Assembly (NCBI GenBank): GCA_965222155.1
Contig: CBDCTH010000010.1
Coordinates: forward strand, 32,001 to 96,000
Reading direction: 5' to 3'
Length of the DNA: 64,000 nt
From: Gammaproteobacteria bacterium
GTDB lineage: Bacteria > Pseudomonadota > Gammaproteobacteria > Eutrophobiales > Eutrophobiaceae
Shown: positions 1-9,318 of the stretch, piece by piece
How the letters are laid out: each line of letters begins with the position of its first letter
How positions within the stretch are numbered: the first letter of the stretch is position 1
Translations under genes and position numbers: made by a program
Notes under the pieces: model-generated
Seen by the model: the letters and a program-made list of their open reading frames with translations, nothing else
What the model was told of the DNA's origin: nothing
Database searches by the model: none

Positions 1-45
1 CGAATCCGGCAAGAATCACTGTATTGACTTCGAGTCAGCGGGAAC
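1..45. repeat. Right end of MITE-like family A element (truncated by window edge)
   Basis: gaatccggcaagaatcactgtattgacttcgagtcagcgggaa closely matches 63578-63620 (gaatccggtaataatcactgtattgacctcgatttagcgggaa) and the reverse complement of 15005-15035. Confidence 0.6.
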
Positions 46-123
46 ACCTGCTGGAGTGAACCATTCGAGAGTAGCAAAAAGCCTCTGCTGGCAGACTGAC
101 ATTATTTGCAGTATTATTTTCCT

Positions 124-372
124 ATGGGAAGGCTGGAAAAGTCATTAAGGAAGATGAAGAACAATCCTCGTGATTGGCGGATTGATGATCTCGAAGCTAT
201 TGCTGAAAGACTGGATATGAGGATATATAGAGGGGCAGGCAGTCATGTAATATTCAGACATGACAGATCGTCCGAAGCATTGTCCATTCCTGTGAACCGG
301 CCTGTTAAACCGGTATATATTCGGCAATTTTTAAGTATGGTTAATGAGATAAACAGGAACGATAATGAATAA
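124..372 (+). CDS. hicA: HicA-family mRNA interferase toxin
   Basis: 82 aa basic protein with GSHVIF motif and IPVNRPVKPVYIRQ C-terminus; overlaps the downstream HicB start. Confidence 0.85.
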   Translation: MGRLEKSLRKMKNNPRDWRIDDLEAIAERLDMRIYRGAGSHVIFRHDRSSEALSIPVNRPVKPVYIRQFLSMVNEINRNDNE

Positions 373-643
373 AGTGAAATTTGAAGATTATCCCTTTGAA
401 ATCCGACCTTTATCCCAGGAAGAGGGGGGCGGTTACTTGATCACCTTTCCCGACCTGCCGGGTTGTATGTCAGATGGTGATACGCCCGACGATGCCCTGG
501 AAAATGGCAAGGATGCGTTTCAATGCTGGGTAGCCGCCGCAGAAATGGAAAATGCGCCAATACCGGGAACCTCATCCATACATTCACCTGCTAAACCCGC
601 AAAATCTGCTTCCACCCTTGCTGGAGTCAAACAGGTTGCCTGA
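365..643 (+). CDS. hicB: HicB-family antitoxin (short form, no clear DNA-binding domain)
   Basis: EEGGGYLITFPDLPGCMSDGDTPDDAL is the HicB partial RNase H-fold signature. Confidence 0.88.
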   Translation: MNKVKFEDYPFEIRPLSQEEGGGYLITFPDLPGCMSDGDTPDDALENGKDAFQCWVAAAEMENAPIPGTSSIHSPAKPAKSASTLAGVKQVA

Positions 644-1489
644 CTAACCGAACCTCGAAGAAAACTTGAATACGCGGTCATCACACACATCGATACACCT
701 GCCGCAGTTGGTGCAATCACTGTGCAGGATTACTGTCGTGTCATTCTCTTTCTCCGGTTTAAGGGCCGGCATGATCACATGAGGTTCCGGGCACACCCGG
801 AAACACTTACCACAGTCAGTGCAGGCGGTGCGACTGGCGGCATTCATTCTCACCAGGGATAATTTACCTATCAGGCCATAAAACACCCCGACCGGACAAA
901 GATGGCTGCACCAGCCACGGCGTGTCACCAGCAGGTCAAACAGGAATACTGCGAGTACGATAATCCAGGCCATACCCAGCCCAAAAACCAGGCCTCGTTG
1001 CAACATGGTAATCGGATTCACGACTTCCCAGGCAATAGTGCCGGTAATCGCGGAGGTTACCAGCGCCGTGATCATGATCCAGGTTCGAGTCGATTTTTTT
1101 ATGGACCAGCTTAAATTAAGCTTCAGCTTGTTCCTCAGCCAATACGCGGCATCCGTAACGACGTTGATGGGACACACCCAGGAGCAGTAAACGCGGCCAC
1201 CGACCAGGAAATAAAACAGAAAGAGCGTGACGGCGCCGATTATTGCCGACTGCCCTATGGCGTGGCCTGAAGCAATGGACTGCACCAGAATAAACGGATC
1301 GGTTAGCACAACCGTATCCAGAAACAGACTGGAGGCCAGGTTGCCTTTTAACCACCAGATACCAAACCAGGGGCCGAGTAGAAATAACGATAGTATAGAG
1401 AGCTGTATAGTACGGCGTAACAGCAACCACTTGTTTCTTGCCAATGCACTGCGTTCAGCCGCTGCTGCCGTCACTGCCATGTCTGTCAT
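644..1489 (-). CDS. napH: Quinol dehydrogenase membrane ferredoxin subunit NapH
   Basis: 4 TM segments, two CxxxCP motifs (CSWVCP, CSHLCP) and C-terminal 2x[4Fe-4S] motifs (CTDCGKC, CTNCGRC). Confidence 0.9.
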   Translation of the reverse strand: MTDMAVTAAAAERSALARNKWLLLRRTIQLSILSLFLLGPWFGIWWLKGNLASSLFLDTVVLTDPFILVQSIASGHAIGQSAIIGAVTLFLFYFLVGGRVYCSWVCPINVVTDAAYWLRNKLKLNLSWSIKKSTRTWIMITALVTSAITGTIAWEVVNPITMLQRGLVFGLGMAWIIVLAVFLFDLLVTRRGWCSHLCPVGVFYGLIGKLSLVRMNAASRTACTDCGKCFRVCPEPHVIMPALKPEKENDTTVILHSDCTNCGRCIDVCDDRVFKFSSRFG

Positions 1490-2139
1490 ACGACACTGCC
1501 GGAATCGTGCTTGGCAAGTTGTCTTGGCAACACCTTGATAGAGGCCTCCTGTGTGACGCAGTTCTCTTCACACTTGCCGCATCCCGTACAACTTTCGGCA
1601 TGAACCGTGGGTTCGAAATAGGTGCGGCTCCCTACCCTTTTCTGCTCCATGGTAATGGCTTCATCCTTGATCGGGCAGGCAATATAACAGGCCCGGCAAT
1701 GGGCGACGCCGGTGACACTGTAACAGGTGTCCGGGCCCGTCAACACGGCAATCCCCATATCGGCGTCCCTGATATCCGTGAGTTCTTTGCTCAAGGCATC
1801 CGTCGGACACGCCGCGACACAGGGAATATCCTCACACATTTCACAGGGGATATCCCGGGCGATGAAATACGGGGTTCCCGCCGCCACCTCCGAACCGAAT
1901 TCAGCCAGTTTCAAAGTGTCATAAGGACAATCCCTGACACACAGGCCGCACCTGACACAGGCGCCGAGAAAATCGTCTTCCGCAATCGCCCCCGGTGGCC
2001 GGATGGCCCAGGCCGGCGTGGAAACGGATTGCTTCGAATAAGACCCGAACAATAATCCCAGAATACTCATGGAACCCATCGTATGAGCGCATTGACTTAC
2101 GAACTGACGCCGGTTGATCCCGCTTTGTTTGTTACTCAT
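1486..2139 (-). CDS. napG: Ferredoxin-type protein NapG (MauM/NapG family)
   Basis: Tat motif NRRQF, IRPPGA, CVRCGLCVRDCP, CEMCEDIPC; start set at MSNKQ because the upstream ORF extension runs through a REP-like repeat. Confidence 0.88.
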   Translation of the reverse strand: MSNKQSGINRRQFVSQCAHTMGSMSILGLLFGSYSKQSVSTPAWAIRPPGAIAEDDFLGACVRCGLCVRDCPYDTLKLAEFGSEVAAGTPYFIARDIPCEMCEDIPCVAACPTDALSKELTDIRDADMGIAVLTGPDTCYSVTGVAHCRACYIACPIKDEAITMEQKRVGSRTYFEPTVHAESCTGCGKCEENCVTQEASIKVLPRQLAKHDSGSVV

Positions 2140-2355
2140 GCTCGCAATCGCCATCCCCGCGCAAGCGGGAATCCAGTCGAAACAACGATTCCCTCCTGTT
2201 ACCCGGAATACCATCAGCAGCATCCGGACCACAATCATCTTATCTGTTCAAGAAAACCCCTGATTTACTCAGTATTGTAAACAGTACAAGGATGTATCGG
2301 CAAAATCAATTACATTGACTGACTCGCAGCAGCTCCCGCTAACTCCCGGGACCTA

Positions 2356-2432
2356 GGATATTTGGGACACCCATAAATTAAATGAGGGTTTTAAATTAAT
2401 GGGTGTCCCGGATTTACCTCCCGGATTTACCC
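2356..2432. repeat. Palindromic element GGGACACCCAT...ATGGGTGTCCC, left copy
   Basis: ggatatttgggacacccataaattaaatgagggttttaaattaatgggtgtccc is nearly identical to 13486-13545; contains an internal inverted repeat. Confidence 0.8.
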
Positions 2433-2550
2433 TCTCAATAACAAGCCACTACCACTTGCCAAACTGACTGTATTTTTACTCTGACCCCAAATATCTTTGC
2501 GCAGTAAAGCTAAGAAATCTTTGATCCTTCCCTTGCAAAAAGTAACTTAT

Positions 2551-2865
2551 ATGATACCATATAGGATATATGATAATAGCCCCTATGCCGAATGGTTCAG
2601 TCGCTTGAATGCAAGCGCTGCAGCCAAGGTGGTCTCAGCGGTACATCGAATGGAACAAGGCAACTTCTCTAATGTTAAAGGTGTTGGTGGCGTCTATGAG
2701 TATCGGATTGATTTTGGCCCTGGCTATCGGATTTACTTTGGTAAGGATGGGGACCAGCTTGTGATATTGCTCGCCGGCGGCGCCAAAAAGCGCCAGGATG
2801 TGGACATTATGGCCGCAAAAAAGTACTGACTGGACTATAAACGACGAAAATGGCAAGAGGTGTAA
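2551..2865 (+). pseudogene. RelE/HigB-type addiction-module killer toxin, probably truncated by a premature TGA
   Basis: SPYAEWF, GNFSNVKGVGGVYEYRIDFGPGYRIYF, LLAGG motifs; reading through TGA 2827-2829 gives KY*LDYKRRKWQEV, resembling the usual family C-terminus. Confidence 0.7.
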
Positions 2866-2867
2866 TG

Positions 2868-3191
2868 ATGGTTTTAACAAAAAATTTTAAAGAAACCATT
2901 CAAGTGCGCACGCAATGTGATCCGGAATTTCGCAAAGCCTTGCTGAAAGAAGGCATTGAGTGCCTCCTTACGGGAGACATTGATACCGGCAAAACGGTGC
3001 TGCGTGACTATATCAATGCGACGGTTGGATTTGAGGAATTAGCTGAGGTCTTCGATAAATCAAGTAAAAGCCTCATGCGTATGTTCGGACCTAAAGGGAA
3101 TCCACAGGCGCGTAATCTATTCGCTGTACTCAGCTATTTGCAGGAGCGGGAAGGGATACGCCTGGAAGTCAAAACCAGAAAAGTGGCCTAA
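2868..3191 (+). CDS. Addiction-module antidote / HTH antitoxin
   Basis: DPEFRKALL, GKTVLRDYINATVGF, KSLMRMFGPKGNPQARNLF are typical of the antidote family paired with this toxin. Confidence 0.8.
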   Translation: MVLTKNFKETIQVRTQCDPEFRKALLKEGIECLLTGDIDTGKTVLRDYINATVGFEELAEVFDKSSKSLMRMFGPKGNPQARNLFAVLSYLQEREGIRLEVKTRKVA

Positions 3192-3324
3192 GTGGTCTTA
3201 CAGGCGTTTCCAGCGCACGCCCCGGCAGTGCGCGACGCCGGTCACGCTGTAACAGGCGAATGCATACTTTTAATCCGGCCCCCATCCCTGGATTCATAAA
3301 CTATGCGGTCACTCTGTGCGGGGA

Positions 3325-3633
3325 TCAAGCACGATACCTTCTTATATCGTGTTTTTTCCAGCCGGGTACGTGAGCCGTCATCAACGCCTTGAAGAGTTTG
3401 CCGTGATTGGGCACGCGCAGGTGCAGCAATTCATGGACGATGACGAAGTTCTGAAAACCTTCTTCCTGTTCGGTGAGGTCGGCAGCCAGGGTGATGATCC
3501 CTGAGGTCGAGCACGAACCCCACTTGTGTGTCATACGCTGAACTCGAACATACCGAGGTCGAACGTTCAGTCTGCGCGCCCAGTATTCAACATAGGAACG
3601 AATGGCATCATGCCGTTTGTCATGCGTCTGCAT
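3325..3633 (-). CDS. M48/YgjP-like zinc metalloprotease (type I R-M associated)
   Basis: KWGSCS and VHELLH (HExxH) followed by NHG; overlaps the hsdR 3' end. Confidence 0.85.
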   Translation of the reverse strand: MQTHDKRHDAIRSYVEYWARRLNVRPRYVRVQRMTHKWGSCSTSGIITLAADLTEQEEGFQNFVIVHELLHLRVPNHGKLFKALMTAHVPGWKKHDIRRYRA

Positions 3634-6571
3634 CGATGTCTGCGTCCAGAAGAATTGAAAGGATGAGAGTCACGACATTGATCCGTTCCGCCTTATCCAA
3701 CTGCAGAAGCGGTCGGTAGAGAGCCGCGCGCAGCCGCCGTCTCTCATCGGCGTTGGCGGCCGCGTTGGGAAAACGAATAAAAAGCTCTTCTGCTTCCCGC
3801 GCCAGTGCCAATGTCGAGATGCCGGCGGAATTGATCCCTTCATTATCCCTCAACGCCCAGTGCATACCGAATGCGCGCGGCGAGAGACCACTCTTTCCCG
3901 CCGCCTCGACGGCTGCTTCCTTCTCCCTGGCCAGGACGGCCAACAGATCCAACGCGACGAGTCCGGTCGTCTTACGCTCCTCCAGGTCCTTCAGAATTTG
4001 CTCGGCTCGTTGCTTTAAAGGCAGCAGTACCGACTCCAGGTCCGGTTCATTCTGTATTTCCTGCCGGAGACCGCGCACGAGGTTGAACACCTTGGCCTCG
4101 TCTGAGCCCGGCTCTCCTCGAAGCGCTTCAAGGGTAGCCACGTCGAACGTCACTGTTCTCTCCAGGTAGCCAAGACCTTCCTGAACCGCGCTATCCTGCA
4201 CCATCAAGCGCGTCTTGTTGGCCAGGTCCACCACGTAGTTGACGCGGTTTATATAGGCGTTACACACGGTCGCATAGAGCTGGACAAGGCGCTTGAAGGT
4301 CAAAACATGGTCGCGTAGCGCCGGTGAAGGCGACAGTATCTCCCAAAGCGCCTCGATTTCCTTATAAGATTCGATGAATTCCTTGCGCGACGCCGGTTCC
4401 AGGAAACGCCCATAGACGATCTCCTCAAGACGCTCGTCCGCAGCGCCGCTCCCCTCGTCACTGAGATAGTTTTTTTTCGCCGTCTCGATCTTCTCCAAAA
4501 AATCCTTCAGGAGCAGATCGAGGTCTTCGATCACGCCACTTACATCAAGGGAATCGAACCGCAACGCCTTGTTTAATTCGCTCAACACACCGACGAAATC
4601 GACGACAAGGCCGATCCGCTTGGGTTTGCCGTTTACGTCTATGTAAGGGCGGTTCACCCGTGCGATCGCTTGCAAAAGGACGTGATCACACATCGGTTTA
4701 TCGAGATACATACAATAGAGAAGCGGCGCATCGTAGCCCGTCAACAGTTTGTCGGTCACAATGAGAATTTTCGGGTTCTCATCCGGTTTCTTGAACATGA
4801 GACGTGTGTCCGCTTCACGTTCCGGAGACAGCTGCAACTCCGCAACGAGAGGACGATCGACAATGTCGGCGGTATTTTCGGTATAGATGGGTGTAATCCA
4901 ATCAGACGGCAGGAGTTTGTCGAGCGCGTGCTTGTACCTGGCGCAGGCTTCCCGGTTTACCCCGACGAGGAATGCCTTGTAGCCGAGCGGCGCCACGTTC
5001 TGCTTGAAATGCTCGGCGACAAATGCGGCGACCTTCCCGATCCGGTCATCAGCGGTCAGGAAGGTACGCAAACCGACTGCTCGATCGAGGACCTTGTTGA
5101 GTTCATCGACATCGGTAACGCCTTCAGCTTTGGCCAAGGCGAAGAATTCCTTGTCCAGTTGCCCCGCCGGTACTGTCATTTCGCTCGGCGCCATCGTGTA
5201 ACGGATAGGCAAGGTCGTTTCGTCCTCAATGGACTCGGCGATGGAATACTTGTCGAGATAGCCCAATTCATCGTCTACGCCGAATATCTTGAAGGTGCCC
5301 TTACCATATGCCGTTTTATCGACAGGCGTGCCAGTAAAGCCGATGATCGTTGCGTTGGGCACGGCCGCCATCAGGTAGGTGCCGAGATCTCTGGCGACTA
5401 AACGATGCGCCTCGTCAATAAAAACGTAAACGTTGTCGCGAGTGTTGGCGTTCTTCTCCAGCCTATCGAACTTATGGATCATGGACAGGATCAGGCCGCG
5501 CTTATCGGTTCTGAACAAATCCTGGAGTTCGGTCTTGGATCTCGCGTGCCAGACCGCGATGTCCTGCTGCTGCATCTCACCTAGCAGCCTCTCGACCCAG
5601 CCTTTGATCTGTCCTTCCAGCTCCGTCCGGTCCACCACCACGACCACCGTCGGCGTGTGGAATCGCTCTTTGCGTTCCAGGATCAGGCGCGCGGCGGTGA
5701 GCAACGTAAAGGTCTTGCCGGAACCTTGCGTATGCCAGATAAGCCCGCGCCGTTTCGCCGGTTCGGAGCAACGCTCGATGATACGGTCGACGGCATGACG
5801 CTGATGCTGACGCAGCACGGATTTTCGCGTCTCGCCGTCTTCGACGTAGAAGAGAATCCAGTCTCGCAACGTGCGCAGGAAATCAGTGGGTTCAAAGAAC
5901 GACTGCACCGCGAACCGGTAGTTCTCCTCCGGGCGTTCCTTCCAGCGCGCCATGAATCGACGCGAGGCGTTCCATGTGACCCCGTACCAGTAGTCGATAA
6001 GATGGGTAACGTTGAAGAGCTGCGCTGACCCTAGCATTTCAGGCGTTTCCTTCTCATAGCGGCGCAACTGTGTGATACCCCGCTCAATCGCGTCCCGGTC
6101 CTTAGGGTTCTTGTGTTCAACGATAGCCACGGGGACGCCGTTGACGACGAACATCACGTCCGCGCGGTTGCCCTTGCGGGCCGGCGGCTTGAGCTTCCAC
6201 TCCCAGGTGACGTGAAGGGTATTGGCATCCGACGTATCAAAGTCCATAAGTCGGACCTGCCGGTTACGTTCCTCTACTTCATCGTACCACTGCCGCTCGC
6301 CGCGTAACCAGGTGAGAATCTCGCGGTTGCCTTCAATCGTCGGGGGAAGCGCTTCGAGTCTCTCAACGACGGAATGGATGACGCCCTCCGTCATCCAGGG
6401 GTTGAATTCGCCCAGTTTCGCCATGAGTTCATCGCGAAACAGCATCCCGGCCTCGCCACTTCGCTTTTGCTTGGCTACCTCGGGTGGGACCGGCGTCCAA
6501 CCGATCTCTGCTGCATGGCGAATCATGGGGAACTGGACCGAGGCGGCCTCGGTGATTTTGAGGTCGGTCAT
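3620..6571 (-). CDS. hsdR: Type I restriction endonuclease subunit R
   Basis: 983 aa; nuclease motif [18 protein letters not shown], Walker [38 protein letters not shown]. Confidence 0.95.
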   Translation of the reverse strand: MTDLKITEAASVQFPMIRHAAEIGWTPVPPEVAKQKRSGEAGMLFRDELMAKLGEFNPWMTEGVIHSVVERLEALPPTIEGNREILTWLRGERQWYDEVEERNRQVRLMDFDTSDANTLHVTWEWKLKPPARKGNRADVMFVVNGVPVAIVEHKNPKDRDAIERGITQLRRYEKETPEMLGSAQLFNVTHLIDYWYGVTWNASRRFMARWKERPEENYRFAVQSFFEPTDFLRTLRDWILFYVEDGETRKSVLRQHQRHAVDRIIERCSEPAKRRGLIWHTQGSGKTFTLLTAARLILERKERFHTPTVVVVVDRTELEGQIKGWVERLLGEMQQQDIAVWHARSKTELQDLFRTDKRGLILSMIHKFDRLEKNANTRDNVYVFIDEAHRLVARDLGTYLMAAVPNATIIGFTGTPVDKTAYGKGTFKIFGVDDELGYLDKYSIAESIEDETTLPIRYTMAPSEMTVPAGQLDKEFFALAKAEGVTDVDELNKVLDRAVGLRTFLTADDRIGKVAAFVAEHFKQNVAPLGYKAFLVGVNREACARYKHALDKLLPSDWITPIYTENTADIVDRPLVAELQLSPEREADTRLMFKKPDENPKILIVTDKLLTGYDAPLLYCMYLDKPMCDHVLLQAIARVNRPYIDVNGKPKRIGLVVDFVGVLSELNKALRFDSLDVSGVIEDLDLLLKDFLEKIETAKKNYLSDEGSGAADERLEEIVYGRFLEPASRKEFIESYKEIEALWEILSPSPALRDHVLTFKRLVQLYATVCNAYINRVNYVVDLANKTRLMVQDSAVQEGLGYLERTVTFDVATLEALRGEPGSDEAKVFNLVRGLRQEIQNEPDLESVLLPLKQRAEQILKDLEERKTTGLVALDLLAVLAREKEAAVEAAGKSGLSPRAFGMHWALRDNEGINSAGISTLALAREAEELFIRFPNAAANADERRRLRAALYRPLLQLDKAERINVVTLILSILLDADIDADA

Positions 6572-6692
6572 AGCGGACTCGTGCTAGTCACACAAGCCGG
6601 GTGGAAAAGTTCTTGACATGAGTACCCTTTGCGCTTACAAAAAGCCTGTTGGGAATTGCGGACGGACTCGAGGAGGGCTGTCCAATCCGATG

Positions 6693-6768
6693 AAAGGTTT
6701 CCTCCTGATGATAAGCGATCCAAGTGAGAACTTTCCGGTAACGGGGTAGTCAGGAGATGCATTCTTTT
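6693..6768 (-). ncRNA. Putative DUF3800-associated structured RNA motif, copy C
   Basis: Minus strand AAAAGAATGCATCTCCTGACTACCCCGTTACCGGAAAGTTCTCACTTGGATCGCTTATCATCAGGAGG; aligns with copies A and B; closing stem CTCCTGA/TCAGGAG. Confidence 0.55.
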
Positions 6769-6797
6769 AACTGACCATCTGTTCAATCCGGTCTTCC

Positions 6798-6888
6798 TCA
6801 CGCTTTGATGCGAAAAATATCAAATTTACTGCGAATCGCTGCTTGGATACGATCACGATAGGCTGAAATCTCCTCTTTCCCACTTGCG
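6798..6888 (-). pseudogene. 3' remnant of a second DUF3800 gene
   Basis: Diverged copy of 8668-8757 (SAYRDRIQAAIRSKFDIFRIKA* vs SAYRDRIRAAIRSEFDIFRVKV*) with a 1-nt insertion. Confidence 0.75.
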
Positions 6889-6917
6889 GGACAACGATAG
6901 AGTCGCCACGCATTCAC

Positions 6918-6976
6918 GAATAAGCCGGAATAAGCCGGAATAAGCCGGAATAAGCCGGAATAAGCCGGAATAAGCC
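6918..6976. repeat. 10-bp tandem repeat (GAATAAGCCG) x ~5.9
   Basis: Perfect units visible directly at 6918-6976. Confidence 0.95.
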
Positions 6977-6987
6977 CCATTGCAGTC

Positions 6988-8382
6988 TCACAGAAGTTGC
7001 CAACGCGCGCCCCGGCCGTGTCCCATAGCTGTGACCAAACCGCGAGCTTTGAGTATGGCGAGGTCCTCGCGCAATCGTCGCTCGTTGGTATGCGGCCCTA
7101 ACTGAACGCGGATATCGCGCAAAGCCAGACCATCATCCGTATGACCCAGCAGGGCAAGAATTGCCTCTTGCCGTTCAATCGAACCGCTTCCGGTACGTTG
7201 TTGCGGCACGAATTGGCCGTGCCGGAAGCGTACGGTCACACAGTCGTTGGCATCCTCAATATCAAGGGTCGGCAACCCTGCTGCATTCGTCAGTTCCGCC
7301 ATCTTGAGAATCCCACCTCCCCACTCCTCAATGACGCCACGCCGGTAGAAGGTGTTGGCAATTAATGGATTCCAAGGGCGCGATTCGTGCGGCGCGAACA
7401 ATTTTTCCGGGGTCAACCCGAAGTGCAGCGAGCCGGGTGAGGTCACCTCCAGACGGTCGTCGTAGATCGCCACTCCCACCGAGCCGCCACCAATCGAATA
7501 GTCGCGATGGCAGAGGGCGTTAGCCAGCGCTTCCCGCGTTGCGAGAGGCGGGTAGAGCGGTTCGTCGATCCGTTCAAAGCGGTCCGATTCGAACCGCCCC
7601 GCGATGGGGAGGCTATCCCGCAAGAAGCGCTCGGCGTTGGAGAGCAGCGCGAAGGCGTTACCCTTGAACTGTCGATTGTCCAGGAACTCCATCTTGTCGA
7701 GGCCCCGGAAACGGGCAACGCGAAGCAGGCACTGCGGCATCTCAAACTCGAGGCGCTTCTCGTTGCCGAACAGCACCGCCGCCGCCTTCAGTAATACGTC
7801 GTCGTGCAGCAACCCAAGCCCGCGCAATAACTCAACTGGTTCCCGACTTACAGGCTCTTCCAGTCGACCGCGCCGGATCGCCTCTGCAGCCGTGCGCCGA
7901 AGCTCAGCAACGTCGAGGTCATTGATTGACCAGCCGGCGGCTGGTTGGTTCTCCCAGCGCTGATAGCTGTGCATCCGCTCGAAGAGCATTCGGTTGTACT
8001 CGTCGGCGGACATGGCCACGGTCGTACTCCCGACACGGCGGTAGGCTGTGCCCCGGTAGCTGTACGGCCTCGCCGTCCCCTGGCTTGTACCGACTATGAT
8101 CACTTCTCGGTTGCCCCCTACCTGAACCCGTCCGACCGTTGGAAAAACCGGCGGTTCGATCCGTCGAAGCTCGGCGCTCAACTGCTCGATGGTGCGGTCG
8201 CCCACCTGCTGGCCTGTCACACCCCTTTCCGACGTTACACCGAACAACACCTGCCCGCCGTGTTGATTGAGCATGGCACACAAAGTCTCAACCGCTTCAC
8301 GACGCGTCCCCGTAGTGCTCTTGAACTCCAACGTCTCTGATTCGCCGATTGCAGCTAACGCTAATATTTCATCAAGGGTCAT
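6988..8382 (-). CDS. AlbA_2/Schlafen-domain protein with RecG-C-like (HATPase_c_4) domain and C-terminal wHTH
   Basis: GESETLEFKS...CAMLNQHGGQVLFGV (AlbA_2); REALANALCHRDY and IYDDRLEVTSPG...NPLIA; C-terminal wHTH with GRGARW; start set at MTLDEIL. Confidence 0.85.
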   Translation of the reverse strand: MTLDEILALAAIGESETLEFKSTTGTRREAVETLCAMLNQHGGQVLFGVTSERGVTGQQVGDRTIEQLSAELRRIEPPVFPTVGRVQVGGNREVIIVGTSQGTARPYSYRGTAYRRVGSTTVAMSADEYNRMLFERMHSYQRWENQPAAGWSINDLDVAELRRTAAEAIRRGRLEEPVSREPVELLRGLGLLHDDVLLKAAAVLFGNEKRLEFEMPQCLLRVARFRGLDKMEFLDNRQFKGNAFALLSNAERFLRDSLPIAGRFESDRFERIDEPLYPPLATREALANALCHRDYSIGGGSVGVAIYDDRLEVTSPGSLHFGLTPEKLFAPHESRPWNPLIANTFYRRGVIEEWGGGILKMAELTNAAGLPTLDIEDANDCVTVRFRHGQFVPQQRTGSGSIERQEAILALLGHTDDGLALRDIRVQLGPHTNERRLREDLAILKARGLVTAMGHGRGARWQLL

Positions 8383-8420
8383 GGATGCGCTCTCCTCTGT
8401 TTCGGTCCTCATTTCCTGGT

Positions 8421-8492
8421 AAAGCCCCCCGATGACAAGCGGTTCAGGTGGGAACTCTCGGGCAATGGAGTAGCAAGGGTGATCATTTTTTT
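8421..8492 (-). ncRNA. Putative DUF3800-associated structured RNA motif, copy B
   Basis: Minus strand AAAAAAATGATCACCCTTGCTACTCCATTGCCCGAGAGTTCCCACCTGAACCGCTTGTCATCGGGGGGCTTT; aligns with A and C. Confidence 0.5.
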
Positions 8493-8565
8493 GTTTGTAA
8501 CCCCCTCGCAGTTCCAATAACGCTTGACATGCGGCTCCATCAAGAGGTAAGTTTGTAATTGGTTT

Positions 8566-8638
8566 AAAGTCCCTCCCTGACGACAAGGGCCCAAGGGGCC
8601 CTCTCCGGTGACGGAGTAGTCAGGGGGGGCATTCTTTT
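8566..8638 (-). ncRNA. Putative DUF3800-associated structured RNA motif, copy A
   Basis: Minus strand AAAAGAATGCCCCCCCTGACTACTCCGTCACCGGAGAGGGCCCCTTGGGCCCTTGTCGTCAGGGAGGGACTTT folds as a 3-way junction; starts ~30 nt after the DUF3800 stop. Confidence 0.6.
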
Positions 8639-8667
8639 AACTGACCGTCTGTTCAATCCGGTCTTCC

Positions 8668-9318
8668 TCACACCTTGACGCGAAAGATATCGAATTCACT
8701 GCGAATCGCCGCCCGGATACGATCGCGATAAGCTGAATCTCCTCTTTCCCACTTGCGAAACATTGCCCAGCAACAGTAGTCTGCCAATTGTAGTCCGTAA
8801 TGTGAGCATGACGCGTGGTGGAACGTTCGGAGCCTCGTGCCACCTGGGAGCATTCGCGCCAACGTATTTCGCACAACGGTCCCTGCCGCCTGTCGCTTCC
8901 CGGTGAACGGCAGGGTGTCGGTAATGACAATAAACTCCCCAGCGCCTCTTTCAATCTCCTCGCGAATGACAAATCTGAGAAGATAGCCCAGCATTCTCGG
9001 ATAAAGGCGACTCCCTTGCCGCAACGACAGAGTTGCTTTGCGTTTCTCGACTATCAGACAGTCGATGCGGATATCGTCAAGATGGGCGACAATCAGATCG
9101 AAGACGCCATCTCGTACGCGTCGGTTGTCTTTAGCGCAGTGGAACGACTCCAAGTCCAGTCCGAGTTCCAGGCACCCGTGCCGGTACGCGTCAAGCGGCC
9201 CCATTGCAGGAAATGGCCGGCACAGACTGACACTGGTCAACACGAAGTGGCGCGTGCCGTTGGCACTGAAATCGAAGTTGCCTGACTCGTCCAGGAAGAT
9301 GTATGAGTGGTCAGTCAC
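8668..9318 (-). CDS. DUF3800-family protein (predicted RNase H-like fold)
   Basis: N-terminal YIFLDESG and C-terminal LQLADYCCWA are the DUF3800 hallmarks; GTG start preceded by GGAG. Confidence 0.85.
   Translation of the reverse strand: MTDHSYIFLDESGNFDFSANGTRHFVLTSVSLCRPFPAMGPLDAYRHGCLELGLDLESFHCAKDNRRVRDGVFDLIVAHLDDIRIDCLIVEKRKATLSLRQGSRLYPRMLGYLLRFVIREEIERGAGEFIVITDTLPFTGKRQAAGTVVRNTLARMLPGGTRLRTFHHASCSHYGLQLADYCCWAMFRKWERGDSAYRDRIRAAIRSEFDIFRVKV

Noticed and set aside
2827-2829. TGA recoding (Trp or Sec)
   Set aside because: TGA serves as a normal stop in many intact genes here and no SECIS-like hairpin is evident; a nonsense mutation is simpler.
6918-6976. CRISPR array
   Set aside because: Contiguous 10-bp units with no spacers; no cas genes in the window.
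6568-6980. ORFs 6568-6801, 6798-6980 and 8409-8594 as real genes
   Set aside because: Their mutual similarity comes from the repeated RNA motif, the DUF3800 remnant and the minisatellite.
8383-8586. 68-aa N-terminal extension of the AlbA_2 protein in the ORF track
   Set aside because: It runs through the RNA-motif copies; the domain begins at MTLDEIL, which has a GAGGAG RBS.
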